This document shows, piece after piece, positions 1 through 11,510 of a DNA stretch of 64,000 nucleotides (its first letter is position 1; each line of letters opens with the position of its first letter). Location of the stretch: positions 15,566,029 through 15,630,028 of the forward strand of contig MU054323.1 in the NCBI GenBank assembly GCA_013239625.1, given 5' to 3'. The translations under genes and the position numbers were made by a program. The DNA is from Lama guanicoe (taxonomy: Eukaryota). The notes beneath the pieces are model-generated. The model saw only the letters and a program-made list of their open reading frames with translations, did not search any database and was not told where the DNA came from.

Positions 1-525
1 TAGCCCCCGTCTGGGAGAGCGCAGGAAACCCGCCATCGCCACTCCTTAGTGTCCCGGCACCGTTTACGTAGAGATTAACTGGAGATAGGAGCGCCTTGAA
101 TTCCTTCTGTAATACTCAGCAGGGCTTTTTCTTTTTCCACGTGGAACAGAGCCCTCAAACCTGCCCCTCTGCCTGTTGGTGTTTCAGTCGTGGTTTTCTA
201 GGGTAGTACGTTCAGCAGCCGTTCAGTGACTGAGTTTGCGTATTTTGCGATGACGGTCGCGAGATCCATAGCCAGCGGGTGTGTCAGCCTCAGTGGCCCT
301 TGATCGGGTTTGGGCCACAGGACGAGCCTTCCCGAGCCTCTGCTGCGCAGAGGAGGATGACAGTCGGGGGCTGGGGAACGGGCGTTTCGCCCAGTTCCGG
401 AAATCCTAGAGCTGCTGTGGTTGTGCAGGGCCCTTCCCCTTCCCCTTTCAGGTCTCAAGTCTGATGAGAAATTGTGTTTGTCATGTGGAGCGACCCCACC
501 GTGTGTGTGCTGTTCTTTTCACTAG

Positions 526-720
526 AAGACACGATCCCAAAGAAGGCGGTGTGCCACTTCAGCGGGAGGGCCTATGCCGACGAGGAGCGCTGGGACATTG
601 ACAGCTGCACGCACTGCTACTGCCTGCAGGGCCAGACCCTCTGCTCCACCGTCAGCTGCCCGCCGCTGCCCTGCGTCCAGCCCATCAACGTGGAAGGAAG
701 CTGCTGTCCCATGTGTCCAG
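526..720 (+). CDS. CRIM1: CRIM1 internal exon (probably exon 14), last VWC/cysteine-rich repeat
   Basis: Acceptor ttcttttcactag|AA and donor CCAG|gtacc; 195 nt, phase 1-1. Encodes (E)DTIPKKAVCHFSGRAYADEERWDIDSCTHCYCLQGQTLCSTVSCPPLPCVQPINVEGSCCPMCP, with the VWC CxxCxC and CCxxC motifs; matches recalled CRIM1. Confidence 0.97.
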
Positions 721-2149
721 GTACCGACGCCAGCGTCCTGCTGTTTTTCAGAGCTGTAACACTGATTTAAGAGGAAGCTGGAGCAGACTTGGACTCTGGT
801 CCGCCCATCCGTTAGTTCCTGTGGCCAGAGACATGGCAGGGGGTGACTTAGAGACGGTGACTTTCAGGGGAGTTTGCTTCCAGGCCAGAATGGCTCTGGT
901 TCTTCTGACCTGCATTCTCTAAACTTGAGTGGCAGGCCTCGTGGGCCTGACAGGCCTGTGTGTGACACCTGCCATGTCTGAGTAGCTTGGTTTCAGTGTG
1001 GTGTTGGATGTGCCTGGTGAGAAAGGTCCAGGATCGGACACAGTACTGAATACACTTAATAGCCTCTGCAGGGTGAATAAGCTGCACGTAAAGCACGTGA
1101 CTCTGAAATGGTGCGGTCTTCCTTCAGTTCAGCAGTCCCAGTGGTGCCCAGGCCATCCCTTGCAGCCTGCTCCCAGCCCACCCTAAACCTCCCATCTCTT
1201 CCCACTAAGCGGGAGCCGCAGGGGCGTGCCCCAGGCTGGCCGCTGCATAACCGCGTGCCCGCACCTTCCCCAGCATTCCACCCTTAGTGTCAGCTCCCAG
1301 GTACAAACCTAAGTCCCTCACAGCTGCTCAGATCCTCCCCCAGGCCTTCTCCTGGCTTCTGTGTCTGTGTCTCCAGCCAAAACAGCTCCTTTACTTTCTG
1401 CCCCTGATCCTAGCAGTGCGGGACCTGAGCCCTTGGCAGGACAGCCCCTGGGCAGCATTCCAGATCTGAAGCCCTAAATACACAGACTGCACGCAGTCCA
1501 AACCACATAGACCAAAGAGAAAGCTCACTCTCAGAGTCCACGGAGGTGTTGAGCGAGTGGGGAACCTCCCCATCTTCACCTCTGTTCTGTGGTTTTTTGC
1601 GACATTCTGTGAGAGACGCTTGCTCCACGCACGAGAGTCAGTGGTGGTACCGTGGGCTAGGAGTCACGGCAGCCTGCAAGTACACCTACATCATGCGCCT
1701 GTAAAACGGGCCAGCCGGTTCAGCCCGAAGAGATTCATTGAGCTCTGCACACGTTTGCCTGCTGTTTAGGTGTTGTGCAAACTTGCCCTAATTGGGCATT
1801 TCTAAAAGCGTCCGTTTATTTATCGCCTAAAAAGGATGGGATGTTCTGCCAAGTCAGAGGGCTGAGCCCTTTGCAGATCCCTGAGTTGGGTGCTGTTCGT
1901 AGTTTAGTCTCCGTGGTCTTGTTTAAGGTGTAGACTGAGTCAGAAGCTCACTTCCGTGATGGCTTACCACTCGGTGTCTGCTTGGGGGAAAATTCTTAAG
2001 TGTTTTGCATGAGAAGAGTGAGGAAAAATGTGTATTTCTCGTTGGAGTTGCTTTATCTAGTACATATCACCTGTTTCACAAGTGTCATAGCAGTTTTCCT
2101 AGTAATCTGTAGTTTTGAATGATATCAATGGTGAAATGACCTTATTTAT

Positions 2150-3500
2150 TCCACCAAGATTCATTTTGTGCCGCCTCTGCACAAACACTGTTTGAGGCCC
2201 TGGAGAGACAGCAGTGAGTCCAGCCAAGTCCCCGTCCTCATGGAGCTGATGTTTTCACACGGAGGGACAGGCAGCAAACAAATAAACAGTAATCAGACAG
2301 CACACAAGCTGAGGATCCAGGCTGTAGAGAAAATACAGCAAGACCAGGATGGGGGTGGGGGCAGAAGAGGGGACAGGCGGTTTTGATGACCTGGGAACGC
2401 CTCACTGAGCAGGTGATATTTATAAAGGGACTCAGAGAAATGGCAGGAATAGTGGGGTAGAGGCTGAACCTCTGGGTGTAGGCAGGGCAAGAGCCAGGGG
2501 TGGGACCATCCCATGCATGTTCAGGGAGATGCAGGGAAGGTGTGTGGATGGGGCCCCATGGGCAGGGAGGCTGAGGACAGGAAAGCAGAGAAGTGGCCTT
2601 GGACCAAAACGCAGGCTCTGGTGGGTGATGGCAGGCTTTTATTGAGTGAAAGATACTGGAGGGTTTTGAGCAGAGCAGCAATGGGATGGGACTTACGAGA
2701 GAGGAAGCAGAGAGACTGGTGAGCCAGGCAAGAGCTGATGGTGGGTTGGACCAGGCAGCGGGTACAGAGCTTGGGGGAAGTGGTCGGGTTCCAGCAATTG
2801 TGTAAGGGTGGACTCCGTAGGATTTGAACCCAACGTGAGGGGTGAGAGGAAGAGAGAAGCCAAGGATGACCATAATGTTTTAGACTCAAACGTGGAGCTG
2901 TGGCTCTGGGGTAGAATCATTTTGGTTTGGGGTGTTTCTACTTTTAAATCTCCACCAGACATCGAAATGGAGATAATGAATAGACAGCAAATATCTATCT
3001 AGTCTGGAGTTCAGGAGAGAGAGTGGAAATGGATCTGTAAATTTGGACGTTGTCAGCCACAGGTGGTTTGTGTAAGCCTTGAGACCGGACGAGGTCACGC
3101 AAGGGATGAGGGGAGACGGAAAAGGGAGCCCGGGACTGAGCCCAGGGACCCTCCGACTTTTGATATGTGGGCAGGTGAGGGGGAACTAGCAAAGGACACA
3201 GAGAAGCAGCCCTGCCCCATGGGAAGAAGCCGAGAGAGGGCGCGGGCAGTGCCGTTGGGTGACATCCGTTGAGAAGCGGGAACTGACTGTTGTCCTGATC
3301 GTCTTGACAGGAGCTGTTTCCTTCCAGTGGTGGTGACAGCATCTTCTTAGGGTGGTTTCTAGAGAGAAAGAGGAGCAGGGGTGAACTGGAGGCAACAGTT
3401 ACACAACTCAGTTGCAGAGCACAAATGCCAAGTTCACAATCGGATTTTCCTTGGAGTAGAGGGGTCTCGGAGGCTTTCACGGAAGCAGGATTGAGCTAGA
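2150..3500 (-). mobile_element. Degraded L2 LINE fragment(s)
   Basis: Begins with the reverse-complement L2 3' signature (..ctggagagacagcagtgag..aagtccccgtcctcatggagctga..) and continues in purine-rich L2-like sequence; boundaries approximate. Confidence 0.7.
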
Positions 3501-4349
3501 CCTTGAAGGGCAGGTGAGCTCTCTTTATTGCAGTGCAGAGGGTCATCTGACCAAAGACCCTGAGACAGAAAGGTCAAGGCCAGACGCCCTTGGAGTAGAG
3601 AGTTCTAGTAGCAGGAGGTAAGGTAAGCAGAAAAGATGACTTTGGTCAAGATTTTTAGGGCCTTAATTGTTAAATGAAGAGGTAGATGTTGTCCTTGGTA
3701 GGGTGTGGGAGGCTCATGTTTGAGCAAATGAATGAAGGGAGCGTGGAGGAGCTTGGGAAACTAACAGGGTGGTGTGTAGGAGGGACTCCAGGAGGAGACC
3801 AGAGGCCAGGGCCGCTGTACCCCGCATGGTAGGTGTTGCCCTTCAACCAATGGTGGTCGGAATAGAGGTAGAGATTCTCTCTCCTCGGTTTGTGAGTTTA
3901 ATAAAGGAGAGGGTACAGGTTTCACACTCATCCTTGTTCGTTACTAGAGATTTCTCCAGTGACCTCTCAGTCAGCATTTACTGTTGGATTGAAATTTAAT
4001 CTCTGTTAATGCTCTTTTCTGCATCTGATGTATTACTGATGAATCACTTCTCCATCTTATCTCAGCAAATTGTTGTAGTCAAGCTCTGCCACTTTACATT
4101 CGATTAAGGGTGACCCGCCAGGAAGCCTGGATTCCTGTCCCATTTTCTCATCTGCTCTCTGTGTGATGTTGATCAAGGCCTTTTGCTGGAGTTTCAGATT
4201 TCCGCTTCCTGTCAGGAAGGCTCAGGCTACTTCGCTTTGTCCCCTGCACACATCGGCTAACATTCTGATTAGCCTCACCTTACAGCGCACTCTCCCCCTC
4301 TGCCATCTTTGGATATGAGTACCAGACCTGTAAACTGGTTTGCTGATTA

Positions 4350-4480
4350 GGACTTGTCCCATTTTGTAGAAGAAACTGAGGGTCAGAAAAGTTAAGCACA
4401 TTTTCCAAAGCCAGGCAGGGAGTTAGTTGGTAGAAGACCTGGGATTCCCAGTCCTAAGTTGACTTACGGTTCCATCTCCA
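4350..4480 (-). mobile_element. MIR fragment
   Basis: cccattttgtagaagaaactgagggtcagaaaagttaag resembles the MIR core in reverse. Confidence 0.6.
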
Positions 4481-5774
4481 AAAAAAGGTGCCCTCACCTT
4501 GCAAGCCCCAAGCATCCTGCCCCATATCCAGAAAAGGACATTTTAGGGAGGGTGGCTCTTACAATGGGCCAGGTGCCTCTGGATGTAAAATACATCCCCA
4601 GTAAGTTGGCTTAGGTTCCTCTGAAGTTCAGATCAACTCTGACCCCGGGAGTCACTTTTAATTGTCACCCAGTGCCTGTGATCTGTGCAGCCTGGCCAGG
4701 TGAAATTTGTGTCACTCCCCTGGCCCGGTCATCTCAGTGCTGGCAGCTGTAAAGGTTTCTTGCAGTCAGTGCCGGAAGGGTTATAGTTTAGAGCAGGGGT
4801 TGAATGTAATCTCTGGCCATGGGAGGCCTAGGTCTCGGCATAGAAACACAGCACTTAACGCTTCTTTTTGTTTCTCCAAGCAGTTTTTTTGCTGAAAGAT
4901 TTATCCTTTTTGGCAAAACTGCTCAGAGACGGCTTCCCTATTAAGTTCCCATTAAAGGGAAATGACCTTCTCCCCTTAGACTTGAGGGCTCCGAACTAGA
5001 GCTCTGAGTATTTTGTGATAAAGGAGGAGGCATGGATGGCTTTTAATCAGAGCCGAACCGAGTTCACTGGAGCAAATGATCCAGAGGACAGGCTCCGAGC
5101 TGCCAAACGGTGAGAAGTAACTCACCACGAGCGACCCGTGGGATAGGACTGGTCCTGCTCACAGCCGTAGCCCCGAAACTTGAGCTGGTGCCTTCCACAA
5201 CATAGGAGGTGCTCAGGAAGCATTTGTTGAACAGTGGTGATTAAGTAACTACCAGTAGGACATCCTCCTCCATCCTAGGCAGATCCATCCAACTTCCCTC
5301 ACCTTCACCAAGTGGAGCCTTTCTAAGCATCTCTGGGAAGAGAACCCACACTGTCAAGTCTGTGTGTGCGGGGTTTCACGGCAACCTCCCCGTAGGCAGG
5401 TATGAGGCACAGGAATTTCAGAGCTACTTCTCTCCCCCGGGAAAGACGCTGAGCTGGGCTGAACTGACCCCAGCCCCAGGGGCCTCCACAGAGGTCTCTG
5501 CTGCTTGGATGCGGACGCTCACGGGTTTGGGGCACGGCTCTCACGTTAGCCTTTTTCGCCGTGGCTGCAGAAGGCAGCAGCAGGTCAGCCCTGTGATAGG
5601 CACAGGATGGGGTGAGGCTGCACCAGAGCAGGCAGGGCGGGGCTGGGGGGCGTGGCCCTGAAGGATGTCACACAGACATCGAGGGGTGGTGAGGGAGGTT
5701 CTTCCCAGATTCCTCCAGGAAACTCATTCCACATGTCAGGGTGTCTCAGTGGGTGAGCTAAACACCATCCTGCC

Positions 5775-5890
5775 ACACAGCCAGCACCACCCAGCCCAGA
5801 CCTACCGAATCAGGACCCATGGGAGTCAGCACATTTTATAAGCCTCTCGGTGATTCAGGTAAGATAGAAAAGTTTGACATCACTGGTTTC
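5775..5890. mobile_element. MER5-like hAT-Charlie fragment
   Basis: cccagacctaccgaatcag...ggtgattc...aaagtttgacatcactg resembles MER5A. Confidence 0.45.
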
Positions 5891-7307
5891 TATTCAGGCC
5901 TGTTTCTATCAATGAAAATGTTTTCAGCAAGTTTGCTTTTTAATTCTAGAGGTTTCAGGGACCCACTGAACCTTTCAAAACTCTAAGAATGTCTAGTTCT
6001 TGCCATGCCTGAGGCCTTATAATTTAAGTAAGAAAGCAGAAGACTGGGGAACTGGAGCCAAAGTGACTGTAGTCTTGGGGGCAGCGGGAAGACCTGGGCG
6101 TTGGAATCACAGAGCTGGATTTAAAGCTCATGCTGCCCCTTCCTAGAGGCACCATCTTGGGCAGTTGACTTCACGTCTCCGGCAGGTGCTCAGTCAGCTC
6201 CTGGTGGAAACTTGGCACGTGATCTCGCCTCTGTCACTTTTCCCTTCTTTCCACTTTATCTTAAGGTTTGCTTCTTGAGAGGCTGGTAACTTTGGGATAG
6301 GCAGCAGTCACTCTGAGCAGAGAGGATTATTGTAACTTGTATAACTTATATTTTATGTATTTTATTTCGGTTTGTGAGTATTTAGTATTATGGACGTTGG
6401 GTAACCTTCTTATAAAAATCAGTTAATATGGCAGAGCCTGGCCAAGAAGAAGTACGTGATTAATGCAGACTTCCATTGTCGTATTTTGAAAATAGAGGCT
6501 AGTTATTGTTAGCCAGATTAAATAAGGATATACAGGTATATATGTAGGAGCCAAAAATAACTGGATTTTCTCATTGGTCCCTTTAGAACTTAGGTTTTGG
6601 GAAAAAAAGAAGAAAAAACTATTTGAGCTTAAAGGAATACCATTCTTCTCAGTTTTGTTTCATGTTGTAGTATGTCGTTGATGAAGTGTGTATGATCAAG
6701 TTAGATAATACAGATGCATATACTCGATGAGTTTCCAGTCTCCGTGGTTCCAGTGGTAAAAACCAGACAGTTAAGACTTCATCAGGCAGCACCTCATGTG
6801 GTCTCCCCACATCCAGTCCCATGGAGGGGAAAGGAGTGGAGGGGAGTTGGCTAAGAAATGAATCAAGACTGGAAGATGTATTAACTTTTTCACTTCCTGT
6901 GACATATTTCATACAAATGATTTAATACGCATTGATTAAAGAGCAGCTGCTATGATATTTAGCTCATGGAAAGTCAAAGAAATTCTTCCATTTCAGCCAG
7001 TGCCATCAGCTTGCACACACCTGTAGAGCCAGCACCATTTGTCATGAAAAAGCAGAGCTTCTGACCCTGGTGGAGTAGTAAACTTTTTCCCCTTTAAATG
7101 GTTGTAAGATGTTTCCCTCCCCTGCAGAGCTAGTGACTGTCTAGCATTAATGATGTCAGTGCAGAAACTGGGTCTTTCATGTCGCAGGACAGTTTGTATT
7201 GTGTTGTGTTAACTGAATGCACCATCTACTTGAACTGAGGAAGGAAAAGCCAACAATAAGTAGCCCCTCCATCATCTCTTATGAAAAACAATGTTCCTTT
7301 CTTTTAG

Positions 7308-7430
7308 AAATGTATGTCCCAGAACCAACCAATATACCCATTGAGAAGACAAATCACCGTGGAGAGGTTGACAAGGAGGTTCCCCTGCGGCCTACACCAA
7401 GTGAAAATGACATTATCCATCTCCCCAGAG
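7308..7430 (+). CDS. CRIM1: CRIM1 internal exon (probably exon 15), extracellular stalk
   Basis: Acceptor tcctttcttttag|AA and donor AGAG|gtaagt; 123 nt, phase 1-1. Encodes (E)MYVPEPTNIPIEKTNHRGEVDKEVPLRPTPSENDIIHLPR. Confidence 0.97.
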
Positions 7431-9851
7431 GTAAGTGCCAAGGTCAGCTGAGATCTGTCTAGTATATGGTCTACTTTTTTTTTTTTTCCCTCTCTTTCCC
7501 AAACCTTCTTTTGGGTAACTTTTTAAATCATGTACCTAGGTTCAATTCAAATAACCACTCTCAGGAAAGACCTCGGCTATAACATATTTAACAACCCGGG
7601 ATGATGAAGTTAAGTCTGCAGGTAGCTGGATGAAACCCCTCTTTTTCTGGCCCTACATACTCAGAGATTCAGTGATGATGGAAAGAAATATGTTCCTAGT
7701 CCTAAGAATTTGCTGTCTGGCATTTCTAAGCTCTCCCTCTAATGTTTGTATGTGAATAAACTTTATAAGCAGAGTAATAATGCATCATTCACTTGTCCCT
7801 GTGGATTCTGCGCTAAGCACTGATGCATAGGCGACCCTCTACTTCCAGATCGTTTCACTCCGGAGGAGTTCAGTTTAGAAATAATGTGTTGATTTTTCAA
7901 CTCATCAGGTCTAGCCCGTGCTATTTTTCTTGCTCTTCTTTCAGTTGTGTATAATGGAGATGTTATTTTGTGTCTCAGCAGCTAGGTGGTAAAGCAAGGC
8001 CAGCTCCCTGTCAATCTTGCCTTCTCTATAAAAGTAGGCTTCTTGACCAAAATGGTGTAAGCTTGCTCTTAGCCGTGACTCTGTACTGCCTTCTGTCTAC
8101 TCCAAGGACATTTTCAAAATCATTGTTGTGCAATTTTTTTTTTTTTTTTGGAAAAAGCAATCACTGCTTGAGAGATTGATGGTCTGTTACTCTAGGTATT
8201 TGAATGTTATGCTTGGATCAAGCCAGATGACTGGAGAGCCAAATTCCTGGACCCAGTGTTTTGGCTCCTTGTATAATCGCTCTGACTGAATGGTGCGTCA
8301 GCATTATGTTTACAGTCATTCAGTCAGTAAATACTGCACTGCTCTGCGCCGCACACTGTTCTGCGTGCCGAGCTTTGATTGTAAGAGTGGCCTTGTTTAC
8401 TGCAGTACGTTGAGGGTTCTGCACTGCATAGTATCCCAGTTATAAAGACCCAGAGGAGAAATTTCCTCATTGTCAGTAACAAGATTTATGCTTCTCAGCA
8501 ACGGATTTGTTTTCATCTTCAAGACATTGTGAATCTTATTGATGGTGCTTGTTTCCATATTTGCTTTTGGCTGCTAGGAAGCTCAAAGCTAAATCTTATG
8601 GCCTGCTTTTAAAAGCATCAAAACAGAATGTAAGGACTACATTTCATAAGCAAGACTTCAGTTGAACTGTCGTTTGCCTTTCCCCAAGGCTTTCCTTAAG
8701 TTACTTTTTAATCTTCTTGTGTGACATACCACTTCCAGGACCATGTGGAACATGGAAAAATAGAAATTCATCTCTTTATTCATCATGTATTTAAAAGCTG
8801 AATTCATCAGTAAAATGTGCCTCTGGCATTTTTCTTGATACTGCTAAGTGTTCCCTTTTTTTTCCCCCTCCATCCTGATAAAGTGCAACCATCTACATTG
8901 GCTGAAGTGAGTAGGAAGGGTCTCTCCTTCCCATCCCCCCACATAACACAGGGAAGCATATGAATAAAAACCTATGAGTTTTAAACTACAGACAGAATTA
9001 CTGTCACAAAGGTTTCCAGAACAATTTAAAAGCAAGTCCTTTTGTTTGTGTGTGTCCCGTTGTCTTTCACTAACCTGCTCTCTGATGCATTTAGACAACC
9101 TGACTACAGTGGTTTATTTGAAAGAAAAGAAAAATAAGGAAATTTCCAGAATGCTTCTGATTGGCATATATTTAACTGTATCTCTGTCTGCAGTGTTCAT
9201 TGCAGGAATGATGATTTAAAGGATCAAAAAGGCCTCATTCATAAGATAAAAAACAATGTCCCTGGTACATGTATTAACTAAGGCAAGAAAACGATCTAAT
9301 AGGGGTGAGTTTTCAACAAGTGGATGGAAAGGAAAGTAAGGCATTTCTGCTTAGAGCTCAGTAAACCAGGATATCAGCCAGAAGACCAGCCTCGCCCCTG
9401 GCTTGGTTTTTCTTAGTGCACTGCTGCCTAGTTTTCTCAGTCCCACTGGGGAGGAGAAGTGTGTCCTTTGTCCTAGTCTCCTGTTTGCTAGTAAGCAGGG
9501 AGCTAAGCTCATGTTTCTGCTTCAAAGACCATATAGGTTAACATTAATCCAGGTGTTTTTAGTAGCCTAATTTTAGTCACTTTTTAAAGTCTACATAAGG
9601 ATTTTCTTCACTAGCTCGAATCAGCATCATCCTGCCCGGTTATTAACCTTCTCAACCTAATATTTCCTTTTTTACCTCCATCCCTAAGAGCTCTGCCCTC
9701 ATAAGCAGCTCTTTGGATCCACATTAGACTTTAATCATGCTTGAGCTTAAAGTACTGGGAAGAAATAAAACCATTTGCTGATCTCTATTTGCGATGTAAG
9801 TAAAATAATCCTGGTGTAGGTAGTAAATGCTTGTAATTTTTTTTCTCCTAG

Positions 9852-10042
9852 ACGTGGGTCACCTGCAGGTGGATTACAGGGAGAACAACAGGCAGCACTC
9901 AGGAGAAGACTCCTCGCTGGACTCCATTGTCTCGGTTGTGGTTCCCCTCGTAATAGGCCTCTCCATTATAATAGCATTCCTGCTCATCAATCAGAAGAAA
10001 CAGTGGATACCACTGCTTTGCTGGTATCGAACACCAACTAAG
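9852..10042 (+). CDS. CRIM1: CRIM1 internal exon (probably exon 16), transmembrane helix
   Basis: Acceptor ttttctcctag|AC and donor AAG|gtattg; 191 nt, phase 1-0. Encodes (D)VGHLQVDYRENNRQHSGEDSSLDS-IVSVVVPLVIGLSIIIAFLLI-NQKKQWIPLLCWYRTPTK, a hydrophobic TM segment followed by a basic stop-transfer stretch. Confidence 0.97.
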
Positions 10043-11333
10043 GTATTGTCCTGACACAGGTTCAGCCTCTTGAACGATCAAACCAGGAGAGCTTGCGTGC
10101 TTATTAGATCTCCTTCCATTGCTTGATGTCTGCCCTTTCAGCCAGTCGCTCTTCATAGCCTCAAACGCACATCCGGCGGTGCTGATCAGATGCACAGTAG
10201 GTGCCCAGGGCTGGATCAATCACTGGATGAATTTTTCATCATCCACTGATTAATGAATCCTGACCTTTCACAGATCCAGTTTCCTAGACTTAAAGTTTTC
10301 TAATAAGGAAATGCTCTTGGAGTAATTTCTAAGTCACTGTTTATATTAAAAATTAAAACTTGGTATTTCTCACTCAGTTGTCACCCTAGAATTGAGAGAG
10401 AGGGAAAAAATCACAAGGGTAGGGAGACATCAGGAGAGGGCAAGAGGAGGGCTAGCAGCCATGAGGATTGTACAAAAGTCCAAAGAACAGGAAGACGTGA
10501 TAGAGGCCAGCAGAAAGGGGAAAGGCAGCCCGAGATGAAGAGATTGTGTACGGTGATTCCAGACAAGGTGGAGAGAGGCAGGTTCATACTGAGAGGGAAA
10601 GAATACATATTTGTTGTCGATACATTCAGAGGGCCTTAATCTGCCTATTTTAAAAGAATTCATTTTCATGAGAGAAATTAAATCAATTCTTTCCAACACT
10701 AATTCTACCTTTTGCAGTTTGGTTTTTACTACAGAAAAAAAATCATATAACCTTAAGAATTTAAAACAGCCAATTTATCATTCAGATAACTTCACATAAA
10801 ATTCCTGTCAGATGGTGATCTTGCCTCTGGGCTGGGCACAGATGAGGTCAGGACACAGTCCCCACCATGCAGAACTGGAAGGAAAGCCACTCCTAGTGTG
10901 TGGGAGACGGGCTGGCCACCCTGGGATGCTGGCTTTATAGCCTGAGTGATTCAGACTTGTCGGTTTATCTTAAAATCTGCCCATCTGGTACTTTTTCCTC
11001 TCATCCTTCAACCCTCTTATGCACACTGGTCTATATACACTTCAAGGACTTGAAAATAATTGTCACTTCCATATTTTCTCAGGTCCTTCATCCCTTCCTG
11101 GTTTGACCTAATGTATTGACATTTAACCTTTAAACACAGTTTGTCAGTATCTCTCACGAGAAGTACAGTTGATTGCGAGAACAGGATGTAAGCCCCATGT
11201 AGTCTACCATAGCCTACCCCGGCCACGTGCTGTGAAGCTGTTGTCTCACTTGAAGGAGGTACTAAATATCTGTTGATTGAAGGTACGTAAAGCAGCTAAT
11301 TCTTTGTGGTTTTCTTCTTCCTCCCGTGAACAG

Positions 11334-11510
11334 CCTTCTTCCTTAAATAATCAGCTGGTATCTGTGGACTGCAAGAAAGGAACCCGAGTCCAGGTGGACA
11401 GTTCCCAGAGGATGCTGAGAATGGCGGAGCCAGACGCGAGATTCAGTGGCTTCTACAGCATGCAGAAACAGAACCACCTACAGGCAGACAATTTCTACCA
11501 AACAGTGTGA
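11334..11510 (+). CDS. CRIM1: CRIM1 last coding exon (probably exon 17), cytoplasmic tail
   Basis: Acceptor cttcctcccgtgaacag|CCT. Encodes PSSLNNQLVSVDCKKGTRVQVDSSQRMLRMAEPDARFSGFYSMQKQNHLQADNFYQTV then TGA (11508-11510). The C-terminal QTV fits a class I PDZ-ligand pattern. Confidence 0.97.
   Translation, partial: PSSLNNQLVSVDCKKGTRVQVDSSQRMLRMAEPDARFSGFYSMQKQNHLQADNFYQTV

Noticed and set aside
2238..3480. 211- and 161-aa minus-strand ORFs in a CRIM1 intron
   Set aside because: They lie on the pyrimidine-rich strand of degraded L2 sequence, giving Pro/Ser/Leu-rich peptides with no recognisable domain or splice support.
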